NCBI RefSeq assembly: GCF_006345805.1
Contig: NW_021835137.1
Span: 1 to 41,384, forward strand
DNA length: 41,384 nt
From: Octopus sinensis
Lineage: Eukaryota
Reading direction: 5' to 3'
The notes under the pieces were generated by a model. The model worked only from the letters and a program-made list of their open reading frames with translations. It was not told where the DNA came from and ran no database searches. Each line of letters starts with the position of its first letter. The first letter of the stretch is position 1. Positions 23,257 to 35,724 of the stretch are shown here, piece after piece. The translations under genes were made by a program, and so were the position numbers.

Positions 23257-23444
23257 AGGGGGGGAGAAGTGATGAAGGAAAGAGATACTTAGGGACAAGT
23301 ATGTATGTAAATATATATATATATATGGATTATATATAGGTTATATATAGATTATATATTTATATTTTTTCATTGATACTTTAATTATTTTTAAATTATT
23401 TTTTATACTTATATTTTAAAATATTGATATTTTAGATCGGAAAT

Positions 23445-23487
23445 CCACCTGAAGATTGTCGTTCAAGACATGAAACAATTGTAGTGG
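23445..23487 (+). ncRNA. Minimal type I hammerhead ribozyme motif, canonical core, GUA triplet
   Basis: CCAC | CUGAAGA | U-UGUC-GUUCAA-GACA-U | GAAAC-AAUU-GUA | GUGG. Confidence 0.7.
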
Positions 23488-23663
23488 CGGTTTTTTTAAC
23501 TTTTTATTAAAATTTTATGTATTGATTAAGTCTTTCCTTGTTTGTTTTGCAAAATAGTGGTTTTGTCTCTAATTAATATTATATAATATTTTACTATAAA
23601 ATTGGATTTAATCCTAAATCTGATTTTTTCCCTGTAATTTTGGATTTATTCCCTAATATTTAT

Positions 23664-23719
<56 letters not shown>

Positions 23720-23722
23720 GAG

Positions 23723-23836
<114 letters not shown>

Positions 23837-24231
23837 AGAAATAAGATTCCATTGAATTCGGTACTTAAGTTGAGACACCAAGTCTGTCCAGTATTATTTG
23901 CACACATTTAAGTTAGGTGAATAAATAGCAAATGAGTTACAAGGGTGTCCAAGTATCAGTGTATTACGGCTGTTTCAAGTGGCTCCATTTAATCGATCAA
24001 TGCAAAGATTGCATCAATTTGAAATAAACTGCTCTCCATTATAATTTTTTAGCAAATTTTTCATCAGAACTAGAGACTAAAATACATTACTCCTTTTTGT
24101 TATTATTGTAGCAAAATGAATTTAAGGAAAAAATACCGAAAGCCTACTACAACTTAGTGTGACAGAAGGAAATAATGAGAGTCGTTATCAATGCATATAT
24201 ACATACATCCACACAAAGAGCTAGAGAAGAT

Positions 24232-24270
<39 letters not shown>

Positions 24271-24292
24271 GTGAGATAAAGATAACTAGCTT

Positions 24293-24360
<68 letters not shown>

Positions 24361-24361
<1 letters not shown>

Positions 24362-25727
24362 GTTTCTTTATTGGCCACACAGGGCTGCACACAGATGGGA
24401 CAAGTTACAAGGTAGAGCTTTTCTTTTGGGGGATGAAAAACACAAAAAAACAAAAAAAAGGGGGTGGCGTAGGTTTTCGGTCAAGAGGGATCGTAAAAAG
24501 GAAGAAAAGAACAAAAATAAAATTTTTTTTAATTAAAAAAATAAATAAATAAAATAAATAAATAAAAAGAATAAAAAGGAAAAAAAGAAAAGGAAAAGGA
24601 ACAAAAGAAAAGAGAAATGAAAAGAAGAAAAAAGGGGGAAAAAAGGGGAAGAGAAAAAAAAAGAACGATCAATAGGATCGTGTATCACAGTGTTATATAT
24701 ATGGTGTAAAGGGGAAAGCAAGTAAGGTTTATCCGTGGGAAAAAGCCTACGAAAAAGACCACGGTAACCTTTGTCAATATTGTTATATGTTTACCAACCA
24801 TTTGTTTGCAAGTGGGTAACCCTCTGTTTTCAATTTCTGGGTTCATAGGATTATGCTCAAGGTGGCTTCGTCTTCATACGTGCCATTCTTGCTACATTCA
24901 CCCATCTTTTTTTAAAACATTCGCTAGACAAAACTTGCCTCTCTACTCTCACTTTCCTTTTCAAGTGGTACTTGAAGAAGTTGATGAGATATGACCAGAG
25001 AGAAAGTGTGTTTGTCTCCAATCCTTTCAGACGCGTCCACCAGATACATTCTTTCGCCATAGCCACAAGGATGATGAAAATAGCTCTTCCTTCCCGTTTG
25101 AAGGAAGGAGGCGTGACAATATTGACGATAGACTCAGCTGATAAACCGACTCGTCCCACACGTGACAGCAGTTGTTCGACACAAGCCCACAGGTCGAAGT
25201 TTGTTGACACTGCACGAGTGCGTGCAGAACGGTTTCGTCGCTCTGACCGCATCTCGGGCAGGTCGGGCCCGGTGTTTCTCGAGCCGTGTCTGTAGAGCTT
25301 ATCCCGAACGGGTAGCGCTTCTCTCGGTAACACTGCCAGGCCAGGGATCTCTGGAAGTTGTCCATGGGCCTGGCCCGAAAGTCGTCCTGAACAGGCGGGT
25401 CAGGTACTCCTCGTCGACGTCCAGGTTCGCCCGAGCTCGTCGTCGTACCTCCCCTCCACTAATCCCCTATAGAATGCTTTGGTTGTGTGAAGTCACTCAA
25501 GGTCGACCCAGGACGGCAGAGTTGCTTGAGAGCAACGCGACACTCGCGGTGCCATTCGCCCTTCTCGGCCTCTTTTTGATCCACGACTGCAGTTCGGTCA
25601 TGGAGACGAGCTGCGGGAAAGCGTGCCTCACAAACGGCGACCACACCTGTTCACCGTCGTCTACATAGAGCCAGAATTGTCGCAGTCTCAGCGCGTGTCT
25701 GCGCATCATCAACCACGGCATGCCCAG
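24361..25727 (-). mobile_element. 5'-truncated L1/Tx1-clade LINE (ORF2 C-terminus with zf-RVT-like motif, 3' UTR, AATAAA)
   Basis: Frameshifted peptides SLAWQCYRE(A)LPVRDKLYRHG, TCPRCGQSDETVLHALVQC, MAKECIWWTRLKGL; stop at 24857; AATAAA on minus at 24367-24372; (GATA)n on both flanks. Confidence 0.75.
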
Positions 25728-25821
<94 letters not shown>

Positions 25822-25985
25822 GTAGGTAGGTATTTAGGTAGGTAGGTAGGTAGGTAGGTAGGTAGGTAGGTAGGTAGGTATATCATTTTTTCAGTTTATT
25901 TCGAAATCTCTTGCCAATAGAGATTGAACCGGTTTTGAACATAGATTCAAAGCTCCTTCATTGGAATTTCAACAAGGCATTTTTG

Positions 25986-26835
25986 TTTGTATGTATGTAT
26001 GTATGTATGTATGTATGTATGTATGTATGTATGTATGTATGCATGTATGCATGCATGCATGTATGTATGTATGTATGTATGTATGTATGTATGTATGTAT
26101 GCATGTATGCATGCATGCATGTATGTATGTATGCATGTTATGCATGTATTTATGTATGCATGTATGCATGTATGCATGCATGCATATGTATGTATGGTAT
26201 GTATGTATGCATGTATGCATGCATGCATGTATGTATGTATGTATGTATGTATGTATGTATGCATGTATGCATGCATGCATGTATGTATGTATGTATGTAT
26301 GTATGTATGTATGTATGTATGTATGCATGTATGCATGCATGCATGTATGTATGTATGCATGTATGCATGTATGTATGTATGCATGTATGCATGCATGCAT
26401 GTATGTATGTATGTATGTATGTATGTATGCATGTATGCATGTATGCATGCATGTATGTATGTATGCATGTATGCATGTATGTATGTATGTATGCATGTAT
26501 GCATGTATGCATGCATGCATGTATGTATGTATGTATGTATGTATGTATGCATGTATGCATGCATGCATGTATGTATGTATGTATGTATGTATGTATGTAT
26601 GCATGTATGCATGCATGCATGTATGTATGTATGTATGTATGTATGCATGTATGCATGCATGTATGTATGTATGCATGTATGCATGTATGTATGTATGTAT
26701 GCATGTATGCATGTATGCATGCATGTATGTATGTATGTATGTATGTATGTATGTATGTATGCATGTATGTATGTATGTATGTATGTATGTATGTATGTAT
26801 GTGTATTTGCAGAAATGTTTGTATGTATGTATGCA
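25986..26835. repeat. Mixed (ATGT)/(ATGC) tetranucleotide array
   Basis: About 850 bp composed almost entirely of GTAT and GCAT units. Confidence 0.95.
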
Positions 26836-27242
26836 TTGATATTTTTTTACTTGAAATTCATTAGCCGTCATTCCAGCAGCCTTTAAAAAAATTGGAAATT
26901 TTAATCGCATAACAACGGAACGACAGAACGACGTTGAAAAATAATGTTTAATTCTCGGCGCAGTTTTACGTTTTCTAAAAACGTTCACCTCTTGTAACAA
27001 ACGATGCAACCTTCAATCATATTTGACTTCTTGTAAATCCCATTAATGTTTCAGATTGCAGCCATGCTGGGGCACCAGCTTTGAAGTGTGTGTGTGTGTG
27101 TGTGTGTGTGCGTGTGTGTGTGTGGGCTCGTGTGTGTGTAGAAAGACGAATGTGGCTTCGTAGAGACAGTGTATTGCAAGATAAAAAAAGTTTGCATATT
27201 GATTTTTCAAGGAAGAATTTAACTCTCTCTCTCTCTCTCTTT

Positions 27243-27649
27243 TATTCTTTTACTCTTTTACTTGTTTCAGTCATTTGACTGCGGCCATGCTGGAGCAACC
27301 GCCTTTAGTCGAGCAATCGACCCCGGGACTTATTCTTTGTAAGCCCAGTACTTATTCTATCGGTCTCTTTTGCCGAACCGCTAAGTTTCCGGGACGTAAA
27401 CACACCACATCGGCGGTTGTCAATCAATGCTAGGGGGAAAACACAGACACACAAACACATACACACACATACATATATATAATATATACATATACGACAG
27501 GCTTCTTTCAGTTTCCGTCTACTAAATCCATTCACAAGGCATTGGTCGGCCCGGGGCTATAGCAGAAGACACCTGCCCAAGATGCCACGCAGTGGGACTG
27601 AACCCGGAACCATGTGGCTGGTTAGCAAGCTACTTACCACACAGCCACT
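27243..27649 (-). mobile_element. SINE family A, full length, reverse
   Basis: Reverse complement of 379-790. Confidence 0.9.
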
Positions 27650-27839
27650 GGAATTGCAATGGAGATATTTTGTTGATCTATGTAGTTCAAACGTTGTTAA
27701 TTGTTCAGTTCTCATCTGCAACAGCAGAAGACCGTAATTATCACTTTACTGTAATGTAACAGTGGGTAATGTGTTAAGAACTGTGCAATTCTTTAACCGA
27801 GGGTCACCAATTTTATAACGGAGATATGCTGCACACAAA

Positions 27840-28687
27840 CCTCGCGGTGATATAGAGGATCTTCGTCGATGCCTCCACCAAATTTGGAAGTGGTCTAACG
27901 ATTGGGACCTGTGTCTGAACTGTCAAAGTGCTGTCATCTGCCTGTTGGCTCTCCTCCTGCAACTCAACTTGATTTCGAGCCGGGTCGTCTGCTGCTGGAG
28001 AGGACCGATCAGGTAAAGGACCTGGGTATCTTGGTGGATTCCTCCTTTTCGCCTTCGGCCCAGTGCATCCATGCTGCCAACAAAGCACGCGGAATTCTGT
28101 TCCTGATTCGACGGTCATTCGGAATGCTCACAGCAGCCATATTCCTACCACTCTATGTCACGCTGGTGAGACCCATATTGGAGTATGGGATTCAAGCTCT
28201 TCTCCTTATCTCCTCAAAGACATACAGCATCTCGAAAGAGTCCAGAAGCTGGCTACCCGCATGGTTCATGGTCTCAAAAATTTGTCCTACGAAGAAAGGC
28301 TGAGGACGCTCGACCTTTTTCTCTTGAAAAACGCCGCCGCCGTGGTGATCTCATTCTCGCCCACAACATCATAAGCGGAAAGTGTAACCTCTCGAAAGAG
28401 CTGTTCTTCACTCCTGCCTCCAGAGCGTCGCTGCTGGGGTCATTCCGAAAAGCTCTACCTGCGACGATTTCATCTCAATCGAAGGAGAGGAGCTTTCTCC
28501 GTCCGGGTTGCGGATCCGTGGAACAAGCTGCCAGGTGAAGATGCCGACGACCTCTTTGTTCAAAGTCTCCCTTGACCTCAAGTGGCCTGAACTCTTTACA
28601 TGAACACCACCCTGTACTTAACTCCATGTCCCCCTACATGGCCTTGCTATTTGCTTTTGAGCCAAATTAACTAACTAACTAACTAAA
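27840..28687 (+). mobile_element. CR1-clade LINE 3' fragment (late RT domain to 3' end), frameshifted
   Basis: DLRRCLHQIWKWSNDWDL, VKDLGILVDSSFSP, LYVTLVRPILEYG, LERVQKLATRMV, SYEERLRTLDL, RRRRGDLI, WNKLP, WPELFT* (TGA 28601-28603); (AACT)n tail. Confidence 0.9.
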
Positions 28688-28959
28688 CGAGAGAAAAAGA
28701 AGAATGTTATTAACTGATTGAAATGGTCCTTTATTTTCATCGTTACAATTGAAGTTACAGCTACTTCGAGTTGTTGTTGTATGCAAATTATTTATAGTTC
28801 GATAATCCATTTTGCAGATAGTTAACTTCACCTGAGAGAGAGAGAGAGAGAGAGAGAAGAGAGAGGAGAGAGAGAGAGAGGAGAGAGAGTAAAAGAATCG
28901 AGACAAGTTGAAAAGTTGAGAGATGTGTTGCCGTGTGTTGACTGATCATATTTGAAGTA

Positions 28960-29195
28960 AGAAAAGGCGACGAGCTGGCAGAATCGTTAGCACGCCGGGC
29001 GAAATGCGTAGCCGTATTTCGTCTGCCGTTACGTTCTGAGTTCAAATTCCGCCGAGGTCGACTTTGCCTGTCATCCTTTCGGGGTCGATAAATTAAGTAC
29101 CAGTTACGCACTGGAGTCGATGTAATCGACTTAATCCATTTGTCTGTCCTTGTTTGTCCCTTCTATGTTTAGCCCCTTGTGGGTAATAAAGAAGC
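28960..29195 (+). mobile_element. SINE family B (same 3' subtype as the 170-bp array)
   Basis: AAGGCGACGAGCTGGCAGAATCGTTAGCACGCCGGGCG...TTAGCCCCTTGTGGGTAATAAAG. Confidence 0.9.
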
Positions 29196-29416
29196 ACATA
29201 TTTCGAGTGAGAAACAGAGATGCTCTTTGATTTTGAGCAGGGGCCGAGCGACCAAATATATTATACGAACTCACACAACTAGATTCCATAATACAGGGCA
29301 AAGGTTACGTAGCCAAATACCTACAAGCATGGAGAACTACGTTGCGTGGAAACAATTGTATTGATTTCAAATAAAGGTCCAGCTGTACTCCTTGTTGAAT
29401 CCAACTTATGTATATA

Positions 29417-29522
<106 letters not shown>

Positions 29523-30294
29523 ATGTATGTATGTATGTATGTGTATATGCATTACACAACGAACTTCCACGCAATTTCCATCTACAAAATTCATTCACGA
29601 AGCGTTGGTCGCTCCGGGGCTATAGTAGAAGACACTTGCGCAAGGTGGTGCACTGTGATGCACTGTGAAATTGGACACGAAACTACGTGCTTTCAAAGGC
29701 CCAAGAACGGTAAGCATGGCGATGGAAACTTCCAATATTACAGCTATTTAGAAAACTTCACTGGAAAATTATACAGATTGTCTTCATCATTACAGGAATC
29801 TGGGAACTTTTATAAATGTCTGTTTTTCCCCATAAAAATATGTTGATAAATTCCTCATTTATAGAATCAATGAAAGCATCGATTTTCTTTTCGCATTTTA
29901 TATAATAATTTAGGGTGCTCTAATGAAGAAAGATGGAGGCATGCCAATGGCTACTGATATGACCATTTCGATTGTCAATTTGCATTTGGTCCATCAAGGC
30001 TTATTAATATTCTGCTCTTAGGTCCCACTAATTCAAGGGAACCAATCAAAGCCAATCAGGAACAATCAGAACTGTCCCTTTATGTTTTTATGTTTGCAAT
30101 AACAATCGACTAATGTACTGTTATCGCGTTGTGATGTTATGATAAGCATCCTTCCAAGTGGAAACGTGTCAAAATTATTGATTCGTGTCTCGTCCTGTCT
30201 GTGTGTGCATGATAGTCCAATCATTTAGGTTTTATTATTATTTTTCTTTGTTTTGTTGCATACCGTTTATAATTTCTACATTTATTTTATTATA

Positions 30295-30797
30295 TACTAG
30301 CAGTATTGCCCGGCTTTGCAAAATGGTCACATTTAATTCAAAGCGTTAAAAATGTTATGAAAACAATTGGTATGTGTTCACAAAGTCCAAACGATTAATA
30401 CGAAAAAAACCCTCCTGGCTACATCCCGAAAATTCATTTCTTTGCCGAATTTCTACAATGTTTACGGCGATTCGTTTTTATATCTTGCTTTTTTTTATTT
30501 TTCATGCAATTTACGCATGCTTGCACGCGTGGTGAACACAGTTCACGTCAAACAGCTACCTGAGTAAAGTTCACTTTTCAATGCATGGGATAAGGCCTAA
30601 ACAAACACATTATCGATTTTTGCACTTGCGAGATGAATTTCGGGACAGAAATAGAGCAGTTCAATTTTCATTCGCCTAAACTTTAAGTGGCCCATTTTTA
30701 GTGGTTCTACGATTTGTTGGCTAGGGGGAGATGTGCCGGGAAGTTAAACACACAGATACACACACAGACACACAAATTGAGTTTTATATATATAGAT
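30295..30797 (+). mobile_element. Possible non-autonomous Helitron/Helentron-associated (DINE-1/Lep1-like) element
   Basis: Starts TACTAGCAGTATTGCCCGGCTTTGC, ends with a CA/CAGA microsatellite then AAATTGAGTTTTATATATATAGAT. This end layout resembles DINE-1/Lep1 elements (inference). Confidence 0.45.
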
Positions 30798-30809
30798 ATG
30801 CGTGTGTGT

Positions 30810-31140
30810 GAAGACGCATGGCTCAGTGGTTAGAGCGTCGAGCTTACGATCGTGAGGTTGTGAGTTCGAATCCCGGACCGGGGTGCGTGTTGTGTTCTTG
30901 AGCAAGACACTTTATTTCACGTTGCTCCAGTTCACTCAGCTGTAGAAATGAGTTGTGACGTCACATGTGCCAAGCCGTATCGGCCCCTTTGCCTTTCCCT
31001 TGGATAACACTGGTGGCGTGAAGAGGGGAGGCCGGTATGCATGGGCGACTGCTGGTCTTCCATAAACATCATTGCCCGGGCTTGTGCCTGGGAGGGTAAC
31101 TTTCCAGGTGCAATTCCATAGTCAGTCATGACCGAAAGGG
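30810..31140 (+). mobile_element. SINE family C head with an alternative 3' module
   Basis: GGCTCAGTGGTTAGAGCG...GAGTTCGAATCCC head and CTTGAGCAAGACACTT core shared with 1251-1500; 3' part differs. Confidence 0.75.
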
Positions 31141-31224
31141 GGTCTCACCTCAGCATGTGTGTGTGGTGTGTGTGTGCGTGTGTGTGTGTGTGTGGTGTGT
31201 GTGTGTGTGTGTGTGTGCGCGCGT

Positions 31225-31448
31225 TCTTTTATTCTTTTATTTGTTTCAGTCATCTTGATTGCGGCCATGCTGAAGCACTGCCTTTAGTCGAAGAAATCGA
31301 CCCCAGGACTTATTCTTCGTAAGCCTAGTATTTATTCTATCGGCCTTTTTTGCCGAACCGCTACTTTACGGCGACGTAAGCACACCAACATCGGTTGTCA
31401 TGCAATGGTGGGGGGGGGCAAACACAGACACACAAATACATACATACC

Positions 31449-31480
<32 letters not shown>

Positions 31481-31568
31481 AATGAATAAATAAATAATAG
31501 AGTTGAACGAAGATGTTAATAAAATTCTCCATGTTAACGGTAAACATAGGATAATTCATCATCCATTG

Positions 31569-31643
<75 letters not shown>

Positions 31644-31765
31644 GACGGGCTTCTTTCAGTTTCTGTCTCCCAAATCTACTCACAAGACTTTGGTCGGCCG
31701 AAGACTATAGTAGAAGACACTTGCCCAAGGTGCCATGAAGTGGAACTGAACCCGGAATCATTCGG
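31225..31765 (-). mobile_element. SINE family A, reverse, with ~90 bp foreign sequence in the internal microsatellite
   Basis: 3' half 31225-31440, insert 31481-31568, 5' half 31642-31765. Confidence 0.8.
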
Positions 31766-31947
31766 TGTAAAACACCACATTTTATGACTATCTTTGATTT
31801 GTCTTCCTTCATTTGTCACCCTGGTCCCAAATAAAAGAAATTGTCATCATCGTTGTCATTGTTGTTGTTGCTGCTGTTGTTGTTATTGTTGTTTCTGCTG
31901 CTGCTGCTGTTGTTGTTGTTGTTTGTTTGTTGTTGTTGTTGTTGTTG

Positions 31948-32024
<77 letters not shown>

Positions 32025-32025
<1 letters not shown>

Positions 32026-32235
32026 AAGGCGGCGAGCTGGCAGAATCGTTACCGCTCCGGGCAAGATACATAGTGGCATTTCGTCTGTCTCTACGTCCTG
32101 CGTTCGAACTCTGCCGATTTCGACTTTATCTTCCGTCCTGGTCGATGAAATATATATCAGTTGAGTACTGGAGTCGATGTAATCGACTTGTCCCCTTCCC
32201 CTAAATTTCAGGCCTTGTGCCTATAACAGAAAGTA
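32025..32235 (+). mobile_element. SINE family B between (GTT)n and (ATT)n
   Basis: AAGGCGGCGAGCTGGCAGAATCGTT...AAATTTCAGGCCTTGTGCC then an (ATT)n tail. Confidence 0.85.
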
Positions 32236-32303
32236 TCATTATTATTATTATTATTATTATTATATTATTATTATTATTATTATTATTATTATCATCATCA
32301 TCA

Positions 32304-32367
<64 letters not shown>

Positions 32368-32721
32368 CATTATTATTATTGCGTGAGAGAGCAGTGCATG
32401 CCATCAAAATGACACTGGGGTAAAATATACAAAGCCCAGTATACCCATCATGACTACCCGTCTGATAAGGGTACATTAGGCACATGCATCACAACCGATG
32501 CACATAATGAAAATTTTCAAGAAGCTTTTGACGTATCAAGTAAAATTCTGCTAATGATTTTTTTCTTTTTGCCCGATTTCATTGGAATGGATCATTCCTT
32601 TTGGGACACACTGTCCACACACACACACACATATGCTGTTGTAGGTACAATGTGTTCTTTGTCTATCTCCTTAACTTCTTGGAGATTTTAGGTGTTCTAA
32701 TTTAATTAAATTCTATGTCTT

Positions 32722-32810
32722 GTGCAACTGAAGATTGCTCTACATTTTAAATTGATGTAATGATTGCAGTGTTCAATTAAATGGAATTGCATGAAACGGT
32801 CGTACTGCAT
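32722..32810 (+). ncRNA. Type I hammerhead ribozyme motif, canonical core, branched stem II
   Basis: GUGCA-A | CUGAAGA | U-UGC...GCA-U | GAAAC-GGUC-GUA | C-UGCAU. The first stem I pair is an A x C mismatch. Confidence 0.55.
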
Positions 32811-32828
32811 TACCTCTGGATATCCTTA

Positions 32829-33005
32829 TTGACAACCGATGGTGGTGTGTTTACGTCCCCGTAACTTAGCGGTTCATCAAAAGAAAATAATAGAATAAGT
32901 ACTAGGCTTTCAAAGAATAAGTTCTAGGGTCGATTTGCTCGACTAAAGGCGGTGCTCCAGCATGGCCGCAGTCAAATGACTGAAACAAGTAAAAGAGTAA
33001 AAGAG
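32829..33005 (+). mobile_element. SINE family A 3' half
   Basis: TTGACAACCGATG...GAGTAAAAGAGT. Confidence 0.85.
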
Positions 33006-33539
33006 TATATACACATACACATCAAAGTCATTTATACTCATACACACATACATGCACAGACAGACACACATATACACTTACACGCATACACACTGGCTTT
33101 ATATTAGACGTAAATGCATACATGTTATACAGACATATACACACACTCATCAATATACACACACATACATATGCATATGCATACACAAACATATAAACAT
33201 ATATTCACACACATGCGCGCGCACACGTGCATACGTACGCGCGAAACTAGAGTGACAATAAAGGAGTGACAGTTAAAGAACCTCCCCACCCACAAGCAAA
33301 CATACACACACATAAAACCACACACGCACAGATACACACAAACGCATGCGCGAGCGCACACACACACACACACACATACATTACGTGCATACTTTTACAC
33401 TCACAATTACACATATTCGCGCGCATAATTATACGGGCTCTGAAAGTGAAAGTAACGTGAAGAGTGAGAGAGAGGGAAGAGGTAAAGGTGAAGAGGGAGT
33501 GAGACGGAAAGGGAGAGACAAACAGACCAGGAGAGAGAA

Positions 33540-33705
33540 ATAAAGACGCACAAGATGACAGACAGACAGACAGACAGACAGAGAAATAAGCACAGATACA
33601 CCGGGTATGTGAAAGAGAGGGAGAGAGAGAGAGTCAGAGAAACAGATAAACTAGCATACAGACACACAGTGTACGTATACGAGAGATAGGGAGATAGATA
33701 GATGA

Positions 33706-33736
<31 letters not shown>

Positions 33737-33893
33737 AGGAGAGAGAGAAAGAAAAAGAAAGAGAGAAGGAAAGAGAAAGAGAGAAAGAGAGATGATTGAG
33801 AGGGAAAAAATATAGAAAAAGAGAATTATAAAGATATCGAAGATAAGAGTGTGACAAAAAGAGAGTGAAAGAGAGAGAAAGAGAGAGAGGCAG

Positions 33894-33933
<40 letters not shown>

Positions 33934-34308
33934 AAAGGAAGAAAAGGTGAGAAAACGCACGAGAGAGATAGACAGGTGAGAGTAAGTGGTGAGAGAGAGG
34001 AGGGAGAGAAAGAAAGAGAGGAAAAGAGAGAGAGAAAGAGAGGGAGAAAAAGAGGGAGAGAAAGAGAGAGAGAGAAAGAGAAAGTGTGGGTAATGAGAGC
34101 TCAGTTCACACACATTAATCTACGTGACCCCAAAATTAGGGGCAAATCCGTAAACCCGATTGACACTAGAAGGGGGCGGTAGATTTCACTTGAGTGCATT
34201 TAACGTGTGTGTTATATCGTATTAGGTGTCCTGTAGGTTTAGGTATGCGTATATATATATATATATATTATATGTATATATATAATATATACATATATAT
34301 ATGTATGT

Positions 34309-34358
<50 letters not shown>

Positions 34359-34376
34359 CATACACATATATATATG

Positions 34377-34427
<51 letters not shown>

Positions 34428-34452
34428 GTATGTATATATATTATATATATAT

Positions 34453-34484
<32 letters not shown>

Positions 34485-34559
34485 CGTAAACGTAGAGAGT
34501 GAGGAGACACACACAGAGAGGGGAGAGGGAGGGGAGAGAGAAATTTATGTATATATATA

Positions 34560-34608
<49 letters not shown>

Positions 34609-34824
34609 TATATATATAATCATATATATTATATTCATATCATATCTATCTGTCTGTCTGTCTATCTCTAGATACACACACACACACCACACACACATAC
34701 ATGCTTACATATACACGCACAATCACTTCCCGATGTGTGTGTGTGTATAAATATAAATATATAATATACATATATATATATATATATATTCACACATACA
34801 CACACACAAACTAAAACACCGTCC

Positions 34825-34867
<43 letters not shown>

Positions 34868-34870
34868 TGT
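33540..34870. repeat. (GA)-rich purine tract followed by (TA)n fields
   Basis: Directly visible. Confidence 0.85.
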
Positions 34871-35340
34871 ATATAGAGAGGGCGATGGTGAGAGGGAGAG
34901 AGGGGAGATAGGGAGAACGAAAGGGGAGAGAGACGCGCGTTTATCACTATATAAATCCATATACATGACATACAAATATGTGCGCGGAGCGTGCGCGTAT
35001 GTATCTACATATGTAAATATATAACAGATGTATATATGTACATGTGGTATGTCGTTTATATTATTAAACAAAGCGAAACATGCTAATACAAAGAAGCCAT
35101 TTTCTTTATGAAAGAGAATAAAAAATGCGAGGACCTGGGGTGACCGGAACCTGCGTTTCGGGTTTCAACGGGAAAGGCGGGATTAGATTCCTAACGAAAT
35201 GGTTGAGCGGGAAATACCTCAGGGGTGTGTTCTACATATTTAATAAAAATACGGTTGAATGTATATATGAGAACTCAGCATATTTACATTAAAGTTATTG
35301 CGCAGTGTACTCTTCTTACCATGTATATATATATATATAT

Positions 35341-35387
<47 letters not shown>

Positions 35388-35551
35388 ATTTGTTTGTATG
35401 TATGTATGTATGTATGTATGTATGTATGTATGTATGTATATTTGTATGTACGTATGCATGTATGTATGTATGTATGTATGTATGCATGTATGTATGTATG
35501 TTTGTATGTATTATGTATACGTGTGTATGTGTGTACATGCACATGCATGGT

Positions 35552-35724
35552 TGTGTGGGTAGGAAGCCGGCTTTGGAGTCATATATACCGTGTGGTCTCG
35601 TGTTCAGTTCTACTGCGTGGCACCTTCGACAATTGTTATTTTTTTATGTAACACCGCTGGACAACAAATGTGTTGTGAGTTAATGTGATTGATGAAAACT
35701 GTATGGAAGCCTATTGTGCGTATA
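35552..35724 (+). mobile_element. Highly derived SINE A head; near-identical twin at 40633-40804
   Basis: Retains TTCAGTTCTACTGCGTGGCACCTT and AAAACTGTATGGAAGCC remnants of the family A head. Confidence 0.7.

Noticed and set aside
23958-24075. Hammerhead on the minus strand (CUGAUGA at 24067-24061, GAAAC-AGCC-GUA at 23976-23965)
   Set aside because: Both conserved strands are present but stem I does not pair and stem II has only 2 bp; at most a decayed relic.
25911-27009. Long ORFs of 228-346 aa (MYVC/HTYI repeats)
   Set aside because: Translations of a stop-free tetranucleotide microsatellite in several frames on both strands.
30815-30885. tRNA gene
   Set aside because: Has A/B boxes but no closed acceptor stem and continues directly into a SINE core; the same applies to the heads at 1255 and 2262.
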